A DNA stretch of 64,000 nt. It comes from Sphagnum compactum (Eukaryota). The stretch covers positions 28,820,213 to 28,884,212 of the forward strand of contig OZ234493.1 in the NCBI GenBank assembly GCA_965153455.1. Reading direction: 5' to 3'. The first letter of the stretch is position 1. Each line of letters begins with the position of its first letter. Below the pieces are notes generated by a model. It searched no databases. It worked only from the letters and a program-made list of their open reading frames with translations, and was not told where the DNA came from. Below are positions 1-12,899 of the stretch, one piece after another. The position numbers and the translations under genes are program-made.

Positions 1-223
1 ACCAGTTGCAGGAACCAATGATCAGTTAATCGCTGTTTAGTTTCACCAATTACACTGCACACCTGTATAGCTCTTGCTGCTATACGGAACCTCCAAGAGT
101 CCACAAAAAAAAGGAACTTGAAGCTCTGGAAACATTCAAAGCACCCGGGAAGGGCTGAGGAAATCACCAAAACCCTCATCTAAACCCTCCTCCAAAACCC
201 CCAAAAGTTGCTGGAACACTTAC

Positions 224-794
224 TGGCAATTGCAGGCACAATAAATGTAACATCCTCCCCACTGACTGCAGGATAAGGTTCGATTGTTACATTCTTCACC
301 TCGACATCATATTTTGCAGACTTATCTGCAATACATAAAGCTCTCATCAGATACTGCTGCAGATCACAGACATTTGTGATGAGTCGTCTTTTCTCAACCA
401 CTACACTTCCAAGCAAATTTTTTTATCAAAGTGCAATTAGGCAAAGAGGGCTTCATAAAAACACAAACACACACATCTCCATATTAGGATTCTGAAAACA
501 GGACCTGAATCCCAGCGGAGATTGATTGCCTATAATATATTCCCTAAAACCTAAACCCTGAAGACACAATTCAATCGGAGAACACAACAAAACAGCGATC
601 GGACGACGAAAAAGCAGAGGGGAAAATAAAAACGTGTTGAAGCAAAGAAACAAGAAAACCACAATACAAAACTCACCACAAAGCTCCCAACTGCTGGGAT
701 TCACGGCGACGGCGAGTCCACCGCTGGTAAGGGACAGCAGCTCCACACATAACAAGATCAAAGAAACAGAAATTGCAGGCCATTTAACCGCCAT
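224..794 (-). CDS. ML (MD-2-related lipid-recognition) domain protein, putative PG/PI transfer protein; first two coding exons, gene continues off the left edge
   Basis: Exon 1 794-677 (MAVKWPAISVSLILLCVELL...SWELC; signal-peptide-like; donor G|GTGAGT). Exon 2 325-224 (DKSAKYDVEVKNVTIEPYPAVSGEDVTFIVPAIA; acceptor TGCAG|, donor A|GTAAGT). Phases are compatible. The C-D-K...YDV-V..V.I.P.P...G...TF pattern is typical of the plant ML-domain N-terminus. Confidence 0.85.
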
Positions 795-1182
795 CGCTAG
801 TATTTCTGAAGCACCACTGCCGTAATCTCTCCCTTGAAATCCAGAGACTTGCAAGCTCTCTGAAGAAGAGCAAGAGAGAGAGAGGAACCGACTACCCCTT
901 TCGACTCACTAATCCTCTAACTAATTACAACTGTAAAGTCTAATTACATACTAAAAGTGTCAGCTCTCTCCCTAGTCAGTTCTCACGCAGCGGGGGCTTT
1001 CTTTAGTCGGAGTGGGATTCTAGGATTAGTGAGAACGAGAATAGGTAACTAATTGTAGTTTAATCCTTAATTAAATTTTCGTGGCAAATTGGAATCGTGT
1101 GAAGCAGATGAGATTCATAATCAACGGTCAAGCCACAGCCAAGTGTGTGGTGGTAATTCAAAGGTGAGATTCTAACTCAGTC

Positions 1183-1480
1183 CTTTTGCTGGATATATAT
1201 ATATAGCTAAAAAACCTACATTAAAAAAAATAAAAAATGGCTAAAATCATGTTTTTTTTGAGAGATTTTCAAAAGCCAAAATTCGACCACAAATTTTACA
1301 AAAATCGTCAGATTTCTATACATGGTTCAAGTAACTATGTAACAAAAATAATAATACAAAAAAAGGATATTCCCAAAATTTTACTCTGAAATGTAGCTTG
1401 TAGCCAAATTTGGCTAAATCTCTTTCTCTATGGATCATCCTCACTTTGGACACATCACAAAATTATGACCCCAAGAAAAC
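1183..1480 (+). mobile_element. Non-autonomous element of the TAGCCAAATTTGGCTA-palindrome family (hAT-like MITE), upstream of the ML gene
   Basis: Contains tagccaaatttggcta near 1401. Similar in reverse orientation to 25870-26110 and related to 25530-25849 and 52265-52545. Ends approximate. Confidence 0.5.
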
Positions 1481-2097
1481 GCAACTCTAATTTTAGAAGG
1501 TTGATGGCATCTGTCCCAAATTGATTTGTTTTTTTTTTTTTAAAGGGGCAAATGGGCCTCTCTGATTGGCTCAATCACCAAATGAAGAAAAATAAAAGAA
1601 AACTTTGGGTGTTGTCACAAGTTTTTAATACTAATCATACATAAAAGCCCAAGAGTAGGCCATTCCCAAAATAATTGACCTCGGATGTTTAGGTTCATGA
1701 TAACATTCCGATGAGCACAGCACCCACTAGTGTGCCATCCATTATAAACCTGTTACGTACGACGGAATGGTCAAGCCCTGCACATTATGTTGCGTAATTT
1801 GCCAGGCGAGTCCGTAGTGGCGAGCTCGGTGGACACACCCAACATTCCGTGATAGTTGCGGCTATTCCGTGAAGTCAAAGGACTGTTGACAGACTGAACG
1901 ATTTCAAGAGAATTTTCCCATTCCACTGGGAACACTTTAGTTACGAATCATGAGTGTATGTATGATCATCATCAGAAGATTACGTCATATAACGTGGCCG
2001 AGAAATAAACATAATCTTTGATCATTTCTATATCTTCGTGATGATTCCAGAAATTCAACAGAAAATCAAGATTGCAGATGTTTTATTAGAGTTATCG

Positions 2098-2570
2098 GCA
2101 AAGCCCCACCCACCATTAGGGGGTGAGATTGGCCAGTTTCAACATAGTAGGGCATCAAATGCATAACTGCGAATGATAATTTTATAAAGCCCAAATAACA
2201 GGGACCCAAACTAGTTTTTCCACCAATTTTTGTAGTAAACTGAGTTTCATCCTGTCTTTTCCTTTTTCCTGAGCGAGCGCCTCCACTGCTGCTACATATA
2301 ATCTCACTGCTCCGACCTGTACAATTACTATAGTTACTCCCCAAGCTTGTGCATTGAATGCTGAGTTTCAGCATTTTATAGTGGGATTTGATAAAATTTC
2401 CTTTGCAGGTTTTTCCGAAAGAGGGATTGGGGGTGAATGCAGGACTGAAGACAGGGTGAAAACAGGGTGACTTTACGGATAACTCTATTGTTTTGGCTGA
2501 AATTTTGAGCAGATTATGAGAGTTTTGCTTCCATGGGCTGATGACATAATGGCAGCTAGTCACTGCCATG
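2098..2570 (-). repeat. Dispersed MITE-like repeat, copy 1 (others at about 39017-39617 and 56660-56960)
   Basis: Reverse complement shares blocks such as tgtacaggtcggagcagtgagattatatgtagcagcagtggag and gtaaagtcaccctg with the + strand copies. The 167-aa ORF here is incidental. Confidence 0.7.
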
Positions 2571-2615
2571 CATGATGAAGCTGCTAGTCTGATACTATCA
2601 AAAGTGGTTTATGAA

Positions 2616-2828
2616 AGGTGCATTCACACCTGATGTTAAGTCCGTGTTAAGTGAAAATCTAGGTGTCGTCTTAGGTGGCACCCAATGTTAAATGGGTGAT
2701 TGTTTAACATTAAGTGAATGTTATCTTAACATAAAATCTTCATGGTAAATAGGTTTAGGTCCTAAATGACTAGCTTGGTGTTAGGGGACTTAATACTAAA
2801 GTCCTTAGCACCAAGTGTGAATGCACCT
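2616..2828 (+). mobile_element. PIF/Harbinger (Tourist-like) MITE, copy 1
   Basis: TIRs AGGTGCATTCACAC...GTGTGAATGCACCT, extending imperfectly to about 25 bp. Flanked by gaa/taa (3-bp TSD with one mismatch). Homologous copy at 38614-38806. Confidence 0.8.
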
Positions 2829-5259
2829 TAAGACAATGAATGTAGCTAATGTATTTCATATGTTCATAGCTTTGTCTATAATTCCTTGGGAGATTGCTCT
2901 CTTGTCCTCTTTGTACATGTACTTTTTACTAGCTAACAAATGGAAATAAATTTGTGAGTCCATTTGTGCAGTTGTAGCCCAATCATGTAGTTGCAACCAA
3001 AAGCATCCTCTTTGCATTTTTAAAATGTCAAGCACTCTAACTTCTTTCTGATTGGCAACCCTTCAAGCTATTAATTTGTACAAGCAACTATGTAATTGCA
3101 ACATAGCTTGGCTTCGAGAGGCTACATCAAGCTTGGGGATCCCATGAGCAATTCAAGATTTGTAAGCATGCCCCTCCCCCTCTTTTGCAAACATGTTTGT
3201 AAAATAATGTTTTTAAGAACTTGTTTCATGATGCTAGACGATATTATATAGAATTGCAATTAAGAAGAAGAAGCTTGTGGAAGCCAAGCATAACTAGGAA
3301 AGCCCATAGGTTAAAACGTAATAAAAGGAGCGAAGGGTGCCCTAGATCAAATTCCTTTCCAAGGACTACATTTGACACGTGGCATTCACATGAACTAATG
3401 TATAATCTTAATTTTTTCATTTTTCAAACCTAGTTTAACATTACATGTTAGATATTAAAAAAAATTATTGCAACTCGATCAAATATCATATATATTATGT
3501 ATCCATGCTCTTTATTACTTAAAAATGAATAACTTTTGTGTAAAACACATTTTCAAAATTCAATATTTTAAAGGCCAAAAGCACGTTTGAACTAAAAGTG
3601 TCAAAATTTGTTGTAAACATGAATTTCACCAATTTAAACTCTTGGTGATGTTTTAGTTATCAACATTGTGATCCTTCCAAAATTTCAAAACCAACAATGC
3701 ACATTTGATGTTTAAAAAGAACATTTGAAAAAAAAAAGACTATCTACACTAAGGTTTTAAGTGTTTTAAACATGCAAAAGGACTTCTGAAAATTTATCAA
3801 TTTGCATCAATTTTTAATCATTGAAACTTGAAGAGTAATGAATCCTACTTTTTTTAAATGACAATTCAGGTTATTGTGTTTGTGTGGTGATTTTTCTAAA
3901 ATATAGGGGTACCATTTGAAGCACTATTACACCTTCTTGTGGTACATATTACTTGATTGCACCCATGCCGATTTGGTGCCCAAATAGTAAGGATTCAAAC
4001 CTTGCATGTGAAGATGGTAGAAGGCAAAGATGATGTTGGATCCTAACATTCAAATCACAACCAATGCATCGTTACAAGATGATCAACAAGTATCAAACTA
4101 CCATTCAAGGTTAGAAGGTGATGATGATGAAGAACTTGAAGATGATGTTGAAATTCCAAATGGAAGTTCAACAAATAAAATGTGATTTAAAGACCTTGCC
4201 CAATTGGGGACCCAAACCTTAGTGCAAAGGTAAGAAAACAATGATTCATGCAATCAATTATTTTGTTTTATAAGGTTCATTCTTTTTGGCTTTCATTGGT
4301 GTTGTGTTTCTTTGGTTTCCAACTATGTTAACCTTTATCCTTCCTTGTGTGGACATTTTCCTTTGCTTGTTGTAAGGTCCCAAAGAAATCTATCACAACA
4401 CCATGTGTAGATAAAGGTCATAACCTATAGCATGTGATTAGTTCCTAATGTCCCCCACACAATGAGACACAAGGGTACACGGTGGATCACAAAATTAGAT
4501 CCAAGGTGGGTCACATGCATATAGACAAAATGGACCATCATAGTCCTAGGGCAACCAATAAGGTGGGTCATCTTACAGAATGTTTAATATGGGTTCACAT
4601 TAAAATATTTCAATAAAAGAAATTATGTCCATGGAAATTTCATTACCTTGCAACTAGAACTTTGAAACAATTAATCCGCGACTATGTTATAATTATTCTA
4701 TGAAAATATGGGGAATTTAAAAATTAAATGCCACATCATACATTCCTAGAGTTATATTATAGTTGCATATTAATCTCAAAATAGACTCATATGCAAATGT
4801 ATGTACACATCATATGTATAGTTTTGGTCAACCATGTTTGACTTAGTTAACAAGTTGCACAAGTCACATATGACAACTATAATATAATTGGAATAAAGGA
4901 AACACTCATTAACAACTAATTTACAACTACTATATTGGATTTTTATGCAACTACCTAACTACTAGCAACAACAACAATATTATAATTATTAATTATTAAT
5001 ACAAATATTGACATTTAATATTACTAATCACTATTATTATTTTAGGTTGGGCTACCATAACCTAGCTAACATAACTAAAAGTTGATAATTAGTAGATAGC
5101 CTAAGGCATTATTATTATGATAAATTAATATTTATATTCCAAATTAATAGTTCACATTATTACTTATTAAATATTGTGAATTATAATAGTTAGTATACCT
5201 AAAAGATAAATTATTTTAGGGTAGACCCATTCATCATCTATTGTTGGTTGATGATTAAT

Positions 5260-6270
5260 TGCTTATGACTCAATACAATGATAAAAGATGGATAGAACAT
5301 TTTTAGGTGAGTAGGTCATTTGTGAGACAACTGATAAAAAGTCTAAAACATAAAATGGAAAAAAAAACACCAAATTCAGATTTGCAGTGCCTATTGGCAT
5401 AAAGGTTACATGTTCCTTATACAAGTTATCACATACCTTTGAATATTTGTAATGTAGTGAACTTTTTACGATTGGGAAATCAATTGTTCATTAGTTTATG
5501 GGAGTTTGTACATGTAATGAATGATGTCGTCAAAAACTAGATTCAATGGGCAGAAGGAGATCATGGAAATCTTTAAGTAACTTTCAACCTTGCTAGGGAT
5601 TCAAAGGGCCATTGATGTGGCTTAGATCCATATACAAACGTCAAAAGTGTTGGCCTTTACAGTAGACTATTATTCCTTCAAATCGAAGGCCTACAACTTG
5701 CAACTCCAGGTTATGATTGATCATAATAAACGTTTTTTGGATGTTTTTGTTGGGATGCTAGAATCAATGAATGATGAACTCGTCTTGTGTTTGTTTTTAA
5801 TCTACCGAAAGGCGACATGGCAAAATCTTTTCAATGAGTGCGATGCGCATAAAGGCATCAAGCCTTACATCATTGGAGACAAAGGTTACCCATTGATGAC
5901 ATGGTCGATGGTGCTTCATAAGCAAAATGGGATTCAACATACCATTTTGGAGAATTGTTCAATAAGTAGTTTTCTTGTGTTAGAGTTGTTGTTGATAACA
6001 ACTTTGGCATATTAAACAAGACATTTTGTGAACTTATGATGATCAAGTCAATTTTACATGTGTTTTTTTTTCTAGATGTGGTCATTTGTTGTTGCATCCT
6101 ACACAACATGATTATGAATGGAAAAAAACACAAACATTGATGGTTTGATGTAATAGTTGGATGTTATAGAAGATAGGCAAGATATGTTTGCAGCTACACA
6201 TGGTGATGATCAAAATTAGGTAAATGAAATGGACACTAAACCTAACTTGCAAGGGGGAGAAATTTCAAAG
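5260..6270 (+). pseudogene. HARBI1-like DDE transposase (DDE_Tnp_4), disrupted
   Basis: Translations: YNDKRWIEHF*VSR..., FAVPIGIKVTCSLYKLSH...CSELFTIGKS, DYYSFKSKAYNLQLQVMIDHNKRFLDVFVG..SMND, YIIGDKGYPLMTW, VVICCCILHNMI. These are hallmark Harbinger motifs, with stops and frameshifts. Confidence 0.85.
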
Positions 6271-6599
6271 GTCAATCAACGAAATGCAATACAACAATAC
6301 CTAGGTAATCATTAACCACAAATGCGGACACTCTAAATTCATATGGACCTGAATTTTCATTTCCAATCCTTGAATTATTGACATCATTTTCCATTTTCAA
6401 GTTGTTGACATGGTGTGTATTGAAATCAAAAGTGAAATGTGGAACTGAAATGCAATCTATAGGAAATAATTTATAACGCAATGTGGAATTGAAATGAAGT
6501 CGAAGAATGATTTACAAGTTGGATTTTGAATTCAAATCACTGAAACTTGAGTGCTTGGAATTTGTATCAAATGTCCATGTCTACATTTTGGATGTTTTT

Positions 6600-7800
6600 T
6601 TACTCATCTACACATTGAACATGAACTAGTATTTCATCATCTGAGGGAGTAAGTCCACAGTTGGAGCCATGAATGTCAAATCCTTGATAAATGCATGACA
6701 TAAAGTAGTGTTCAAATTGGATAGCACATTCACCATGCTTTTGTTCATCTTGTAAAACTTCTTGCCACGTGCTTGAGGTAACGAATATGTGCTTTGAAGG
6801 TGTGCTCATGAACATTTATGCATTGTTGTTCAATCTCTAGTTGAGTACAATTTATTTTGTCCATTACATCCATTAACATTTTGTGTTTTTTGTTTACAAA
6901 CTCAATGATAAGATAAAAGACATTGTTGCATCTACTTTTTAGTCATGTGTTCCCAGATGTCGGTGATGTAAGTGATGCAAGTGATGTAAGGGAGTCAAGA
7001 TTAATGGCAAGAGTTTGGAAGTTGCTAGGGAACAATTTAGTTTTTTTTATCAAATAAATTCACAAAATTTGTAATTCTTATGTTTGGATTGTCATCAATT
7101 TTTGCACCTACAATTCTTGTGCTTGGACTATCAGTAGCAGTTGTGGTGTTTATAGTTCTTATCCCTTGACTATTTGTAACTTTGGCCCCTTAAATATCTA
7201 CAATTGCATCTTGAGAATCAAACACGTGATTATTCTTTTGTGATTACATTTCGTTATTTCATCTTCTATTTCTTGCCTTGGTGGTTTATAGATGTTGTCT
7301 CCTTCCACATTTACATCCTTAATATGTAGAGGAGCGTTGATGTTCTTTAACCCTCGATCAACTCATAGTACTTTCATGTGTATTGACAATGCAAATGGAA
7401 GGTTCCTTCTTTTCAAATGTCAAGTCCTAGAAACAAGTATGATTCTTTGTGCCCTTGTGATAGTTTACAAGTTTTTTGAAATCGGAGTTCAAAGAATTCC
7501 ACTTATCTTTTGGACATGACACCATTTCTTAGATTTTTCATCTTGGTTGTTTTTTGGAACTCTTTCACAATCTTCTCTTAGCATTCTTGGATCATATTAT
7601 TTATTTCTACACTTTGTGTTTCGCGTGTTTACAAGCAATGAACACCAACACCTCACAATGTTCCCAGTTGCCATGTTGTTGTCGAGGAATTGAACCTTTT
7701 CTTCCATTGTGCTTTTTCGATTTGCCCCCACCACCATTGTGTCTTCGACTACTTGTTGACATGCCTACAACTCTAGACCACCCTACAAATTTGTGTTTGA
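6600..7800 (-). pseudogene. Harbinger accessory Myb/SANT (trihelix)-like DNA-binding ORF remnant
   Basis: Minus strand near 7690-7400 reads GNWEHCEVLVFIACK...KDKWNSLNSDFKKLVNYHKGT, a Myb_DNA-bind_4-like W...W.N....FKK pattern, with many disruptions. Boundaries approximate. Confidence 0.6.
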
Positions 7801-8598
7801 GTTTGATGCCATGATTTTCTCCACCACTTGAGAACTTTTCTTTCGTTGCTTTAAAGCTTCTCTTCTGCCTCTTGAGAGCTTTCTACTTCAAAAGTAATGG
7901 AGTTCACCACTTTTACATTCCTGTGACGCACAACAATTTTTTGCAATTCTTTTGGCACAATGGTAGTTTACCATACTAGTTTTGAACTTGGTAACTTCTC
8001 ATCATCATTCGGCGTTGTAACTCAGTGAAATTTACATTTTCCAAAAAAATTTAACATTTGCATTCTCTCCTATCTCTGCACTATCTCATGGTGATAAGCA
8101 AGTTGTTAGCATGCCACGTCAAATGTACATGTCGTCTTTCTCCCAATTACGCATTGTAAGCATGAACAATGTGATATGCTATCAATGAATCAACGATGCC
8201 AATAACTCCAAGTGTGACTAGACCTTCAGTGACAATGTCATAATTATTATAGAAATTAACATTGATTTCACATCCCATGTAATTAATATTGTTTTACAAA
8301 AGATAAATCATGTTGATTGTTTTCGTATCAACTAGAAAAATAATATATACCAATTTGTATCAGTTTGTGCATTAGTATTACAATGGATTTTTGAAATTTT
8401 CAACATTTTGTACATAAATGGTGTTGAGTTTCCATCCATTGAGAGGAAGGTTATATATTTTTTCATCCATATGCAAGAGAGTTACATGACTTCTCATCCA
8501 CTGACAAGAGGGTTCCAGAGTCTCCATTTAAATCCTGGGTTTGGCGCCATAAACTTAAACCCTAATTTTCCATTCGCTTACTCTGCAGCGCCGCAAGA

Positions 8599-9900
8599 AT
8601 GCTCACGCATTCGATGCGAGCATCACAATTGCAGCCCATTTTGCGCCCGCGGTCCATGCGATCTAGAGGCTTGCAGATAGTGTGCAGAGATCTGGAAAGT
8701 ATAATCATGGTGGAAGGAGAACGACGACCTCAACCACCATAAGGAGGAGCAGCAGCAGCAGGAGGAGCCGATTGAAGAGGAGGTTCGAGAAGCGGAGCAG
8801 CTGTATGGGCCGGCTTTGCTGGCGAGGTTGCAGACGGTGTGGCGCAGCAGTTGCGGACCTGATGAAGTTGAAGGATACTGAAGTTGGTTCCTCTGGATCT
8901 CACCTTCAGACCGATGCATGAGCGGCGGCGGGTGGAAGCAATGATTCCAGTTTGGCACTGGCGCCAAGGAAGTGGATAAACTTCTGCTGGAAGCCGGGAT
9001 TGAAACAGGCCTACAGCTCGGAGATTGAGGGGGAGTTTGGGACTCAGGGAAAAGCCAGCTTTGTCATATCTTATGTGTTACTTGACAATTGCCTACCCAT
9101 TGAGGAGGAGGTGAACGCAAGCTCTTTGCGTTGATGCTGAGGGGAGATTCTGACCGCATGGACTCCTACACATTGTAGAGAGGTTTCGTTTAAATGGTCC
9201 TGATGTTCGGTTCACTGGGGTCATTTAAACCTCACCTTTCTGCAATTTGCAACAGCCTATGCGATCTTAATGTCCCTTCAGCACCAATGCAAAGATTGAT
9301 GACTGTAAATCGCAGAGCTTGGTTTGATTTAAATGGTCTTCATGTTCAAGCCCTGATGAACATCAGGGCTGTTTAAACCAAACCTCTTCACAATTTGCAG
9401 TATGTCCTTTGACCATCATGGGTTTTTCCGGCTAACACCCTAGTTGAGAACAAGTGTTAGAAGTTACAAGGCCTGCAAGGAACAACATAGTAGGCAAATC
9501 AGCCTTGAAAAGTTTGTATGAAGTTGCAGACAGATTATAAACAAGGGGTGAGGACCAGATTTTGATATTAAAAAAAGAAAACAAAATCACCATTAAGGGT
9601 CTAGAGGGTAGGCAGATTCTATTAAATTTATTGAACAGATTATTATACACCATAATCTTCCGGCAATCATCATGCATTCGTAACCAGTGACATAATCTCT
9701 GTTTGACTGCAACCAATTTGTTGAACCCACCCAGACCTTAATGCCATGGAACGGTCTGGCCCCTTGCTGGAATTGTACAGTTGTGCAGCAGATTTGGTGC
9801 TAAAATTTGACTGGAACGGTCAGTTCTGCGTTACATCAGCATTTCGGTTCTGCTGCTGTTTTGCTGATGCATTTGCCTTCATACTTACCCGCCCCCCTCC
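8599..9900 (+). pseudogene. Fragmented GC-rich gene remnant, possibly a PLS-class PPR pseudogene
   Basis: Telo-box (aaaccctaa) then ATG at 8599 with a transit-peptide-like start. Broken frames give ERKLFALMLRGDSDRMDSYTL, GLHVQALMNIRAV/KPNLFTICSM and AADLVLKFD...GSAAVLLMHL (E-domain-like). No intact long ORF. Confidence 0.35.
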
Positions 9901-11733
9901 CCCCAAGGAACTTTACAGAGTTCTGGCAGTTTTCAGCACCATCTGTAGTATATGTACTATTCACTAATCACCCCATTTTCAATAGAAATCCAAGAGTGCA
10001 TGCAATGTGCTGTGTGCAAAATGTATGCAGTTCCTACATTTTTTTGGAATGTGGCTTAGGGTGCATAGGATCACATAAGTCAGTGAACACAGTCCATTTC
10101 ATGAAATGTGTTGATTGTTTATGTTTCAATTTCCTGCAGATTAGGACAGTTTTTGAAATTTTGTACTTGGTAGAGTGATGCAAATGAATTCTAATATGAG
10201 GCCTGAGAATCATGATTGCAATTATTCTGAGTAATCATGAGTTTTGATCCATTTTAGGTTTGATTGTATATCACAGTTGGTAAAGAATTCAGTACCCACC
10301 CTCTCTCGATTGTTGTATTCAGAGTTCCCACAGCATGTTCATAGATCCTAAAGATTTTGGGTGTTGTCAAGTGATGCAAATTTATCCTAAGACTAATCAA
10401 ATTTCCAGACAATAGGAGGGAGTGGCTAATGAGGCCACATTATCTGTTGGGGGTGTTTTTAAGGTTTTTATTGAACTTACTGTGGAGAAAAGAGACCATT
10501 CAATTCTTCGAGCAAGACAAACAATTGAAGCAATGGATTGGTTGATGCAAGGCTGCTGTGTAGGGAAATTGGTGCAAGAAATCTACATGTATTGCAGATA
10601 CCAATGTAGGAACAGTTTCAGAATGTAGTTGGATTGATGCAAGGCTGTTGTTCTGTGGGAAAGTCAGTACAAGAAAAAGCCCAAATGGTTTTTAAATTTT
10701 TGCATCCTGCATTGTTCCATATTTGCAACACTATTGTTGTGGTTTTTCCAGGGAACTCTAATCCATGAGTGAGCATTCCAACTAGAAAGCTCATTTCAAT
10801 AACCTGTGATGAACAGCAGTGTCAAATGAGAGAGATAACATGATGACATCAATGCCTATTAAGGTAGTACACCATGATCATGTCACCGCTTGTTTTCAGT
10901 ATATTATCAGAGCTTGCACTTTTCAGTGTCAGAACTTGTTCTCAGTATGTTATAGGACTGTTGTTTCAGAACTGCACCTTTCAGTGTGCTCCAACTGAAG
11001 AGACTTTCAGCTCAGGCTGTTGGAAGAGAGCATGGCGAACGAAAACTGGTTTTGTTGCTTTCCATCTTAACATTTTGTCAATGGTCTTCTTATCACCCAG
11101 AGCTTTTTCCCTTCACTCAAATGTGCTGAAGCAGGAGCTCAATCTCTTTTCTTCAAAAGCAAATAATTAAAGCACTAGTGTTTGTTCCTAGAAATAGAGC
11201 AGGCAAGTGAAAACTAGTCTGGTATTAAAACTTGTGTTCAAGATACCCACCGAGAGAGTGACAATGGCATCAAGAAACAATACAAACAAAGTGTCAGCCA
11301 AAGTGTTCTAGTAGTTAACAGCTGCTTCTTGAAATCGTCACAGTCTGTACATAGAAGGGACTTGCCGCTGCTCTCTCTGTTGTACTAGGGGGCCAAAACC
11401 TTCACCTTCCTATACATGCATTGTTGCTCACATGCTTCTTCAGTAGGAAACCACCAACTATACAAAACACTAGGAGTACTTACTAGGAGTGTACTAAACA
11501 AAAAACCCTTTCCTTTCACAGAAAAAGTTTTCAAAGTTGCAACAGAAATTTGCAGGATTTTTCGAGATTAGCAGCAGCAGGATGCTTGAAACAAACTAAG
11601 AGGTGCTAAAACAGAAAGCCAAGCTAGCTTCGTAGGTAGAGAGGGAGAGAGGGGACGGAGAGCTCACATCTTCACAAGGAGAGAGACGAAGACGACGATG
11701 AGTCTTCTCGAAGTTGTTTCTTGTTGAGCCATT

Positions 11734-12532
11734 TCAGGCCCGGCCAGCGGCTGCGGTACCACCTCCTGCTGTTGTTGCAGCAGGTGTGTCAGTGGTGCCT
11801 CCCGCCTGACTTGCGCCGCCCTCGAGGCTTTGAGGTTGGCCTTGACCGATCTCAATGGAACGAGGTTCCTGAGGTTTTTTCTCGGCTTTGGGTACTACAA
11901 TGGTCAGCACGCCGTTGTTCACCTCCGCTTTGATCTGATCCAGCCTCACGTTCTCAGGAAGTCTGAATTTCCGAACGAAAGCTCCACGGACGCGTTCCAC
12001 CACATGCCAAGTGTCCCCTTCCTTCACATCCTCTTTCACGCGCTCGCCGCTGATCTTGAGCGTCCTATCATCTTCTAGGGTCACCTCGATGTTGTTCCTC
12101 GCCACACCTTGAAACCCAATTCCCGGAATCAAGCCCCGGATGCAAAAGAAATCAATCAGAAGGTCAAGCTGTGTGTGTGTGTGTCTCTCTCTCTCTCTGT
12201 TTCCCTGTGTTTATCGCTCTCTCTGCACATGTTAAACCTGCGAGAATCAAAGATACAAAAGAAACCGAACCATTCTTCACTAGCACTTTGGAAACTCGAC
12301 AACAGGAAGGGATTTTTAGATTCTCGATGATCTACTACTAACCAGGCAGGTCCACCCTGAAGACATGAGCTTCCGGAGTCTCAACCCAATCCACATTGGT
12401 GCTGGCGATGGCTCGCGCATCTCGCGCCAACGCACGGGTGGGAGCGTTGTCGAAGAATGTGAGCGCAGTGTCGAAAGGATCCAAATCCCACAAACTGGTT
12501 CCGGTCCGTCCAAAGAAAGGCACCACAGACAT
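11734..12532 (-). CDS. Small heat shock protein (HSP20/alpha-crystallin, cytosolic class I-like), 187 aa, two exons
   Basis: Exon 1 12532-12343 (MSVVPFFG...STNVDWVETPEAHVFRVDLP-G, donor G|GTTAGT). Exon 2 12107-11734 (LKISGER...WHVVER..GAFVRKFRLPENV..DQIKAEVNNGVLTIVVPK...RSIEIG). Phase-1 intron of 235 nt. Confidence 0.95.
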
Positions 12533-12899
12533 GATGATGATGTTGATCTATCTCTCTTCCAAGAGAAAAAGACACCAAATTTTCCACCAAAAAAGAACAA
12601 CCCAACTTTTGTGTTGGGGTTTAGAAACCAGATCAACTTATGAGAAGCTGATCAAGTAGCTGTAGCGCTGACAACAATGTGCCTGGAAACAGTTCCAGAT
12701 CCTCTAAGGTGTAAACGTGGGGAGATGGAAGATGGGTAATGGTGGAAACGACCTCTACAACTACCCTCCCTTTGGAATCCTTCTGCAAGGAGCTGCAACA
12801 AGACTACAATATATAGTGGGAACCCCAAGATCTCCGTCCCAAGCTGCAAGGAACTGCGGCTGCTGCTAAGGCAACGCCAGACCTAATCAAAAGCAGCAG

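Larger units (their letters stand above)
5220..8225. mobile_element. Degenerate PIF/Harbinger transposon with convergent transposase and Myb/SANT-like ORFs
   Basis: Transposase remnant on + and Myb-like remnant on -. Right TIR-like sequence TAACTCCAAGTGTGACTAGACCT (8203-8225) followed by tca. Left TIR not found. Confidence 0.75.

Noticed and set aside
2066..2569. 167-aa ORF as a protein-coding gene
   Set aside because: It lies within a dispersed repeat whose other copies do not keep the frame, and it has no recognisable domain.
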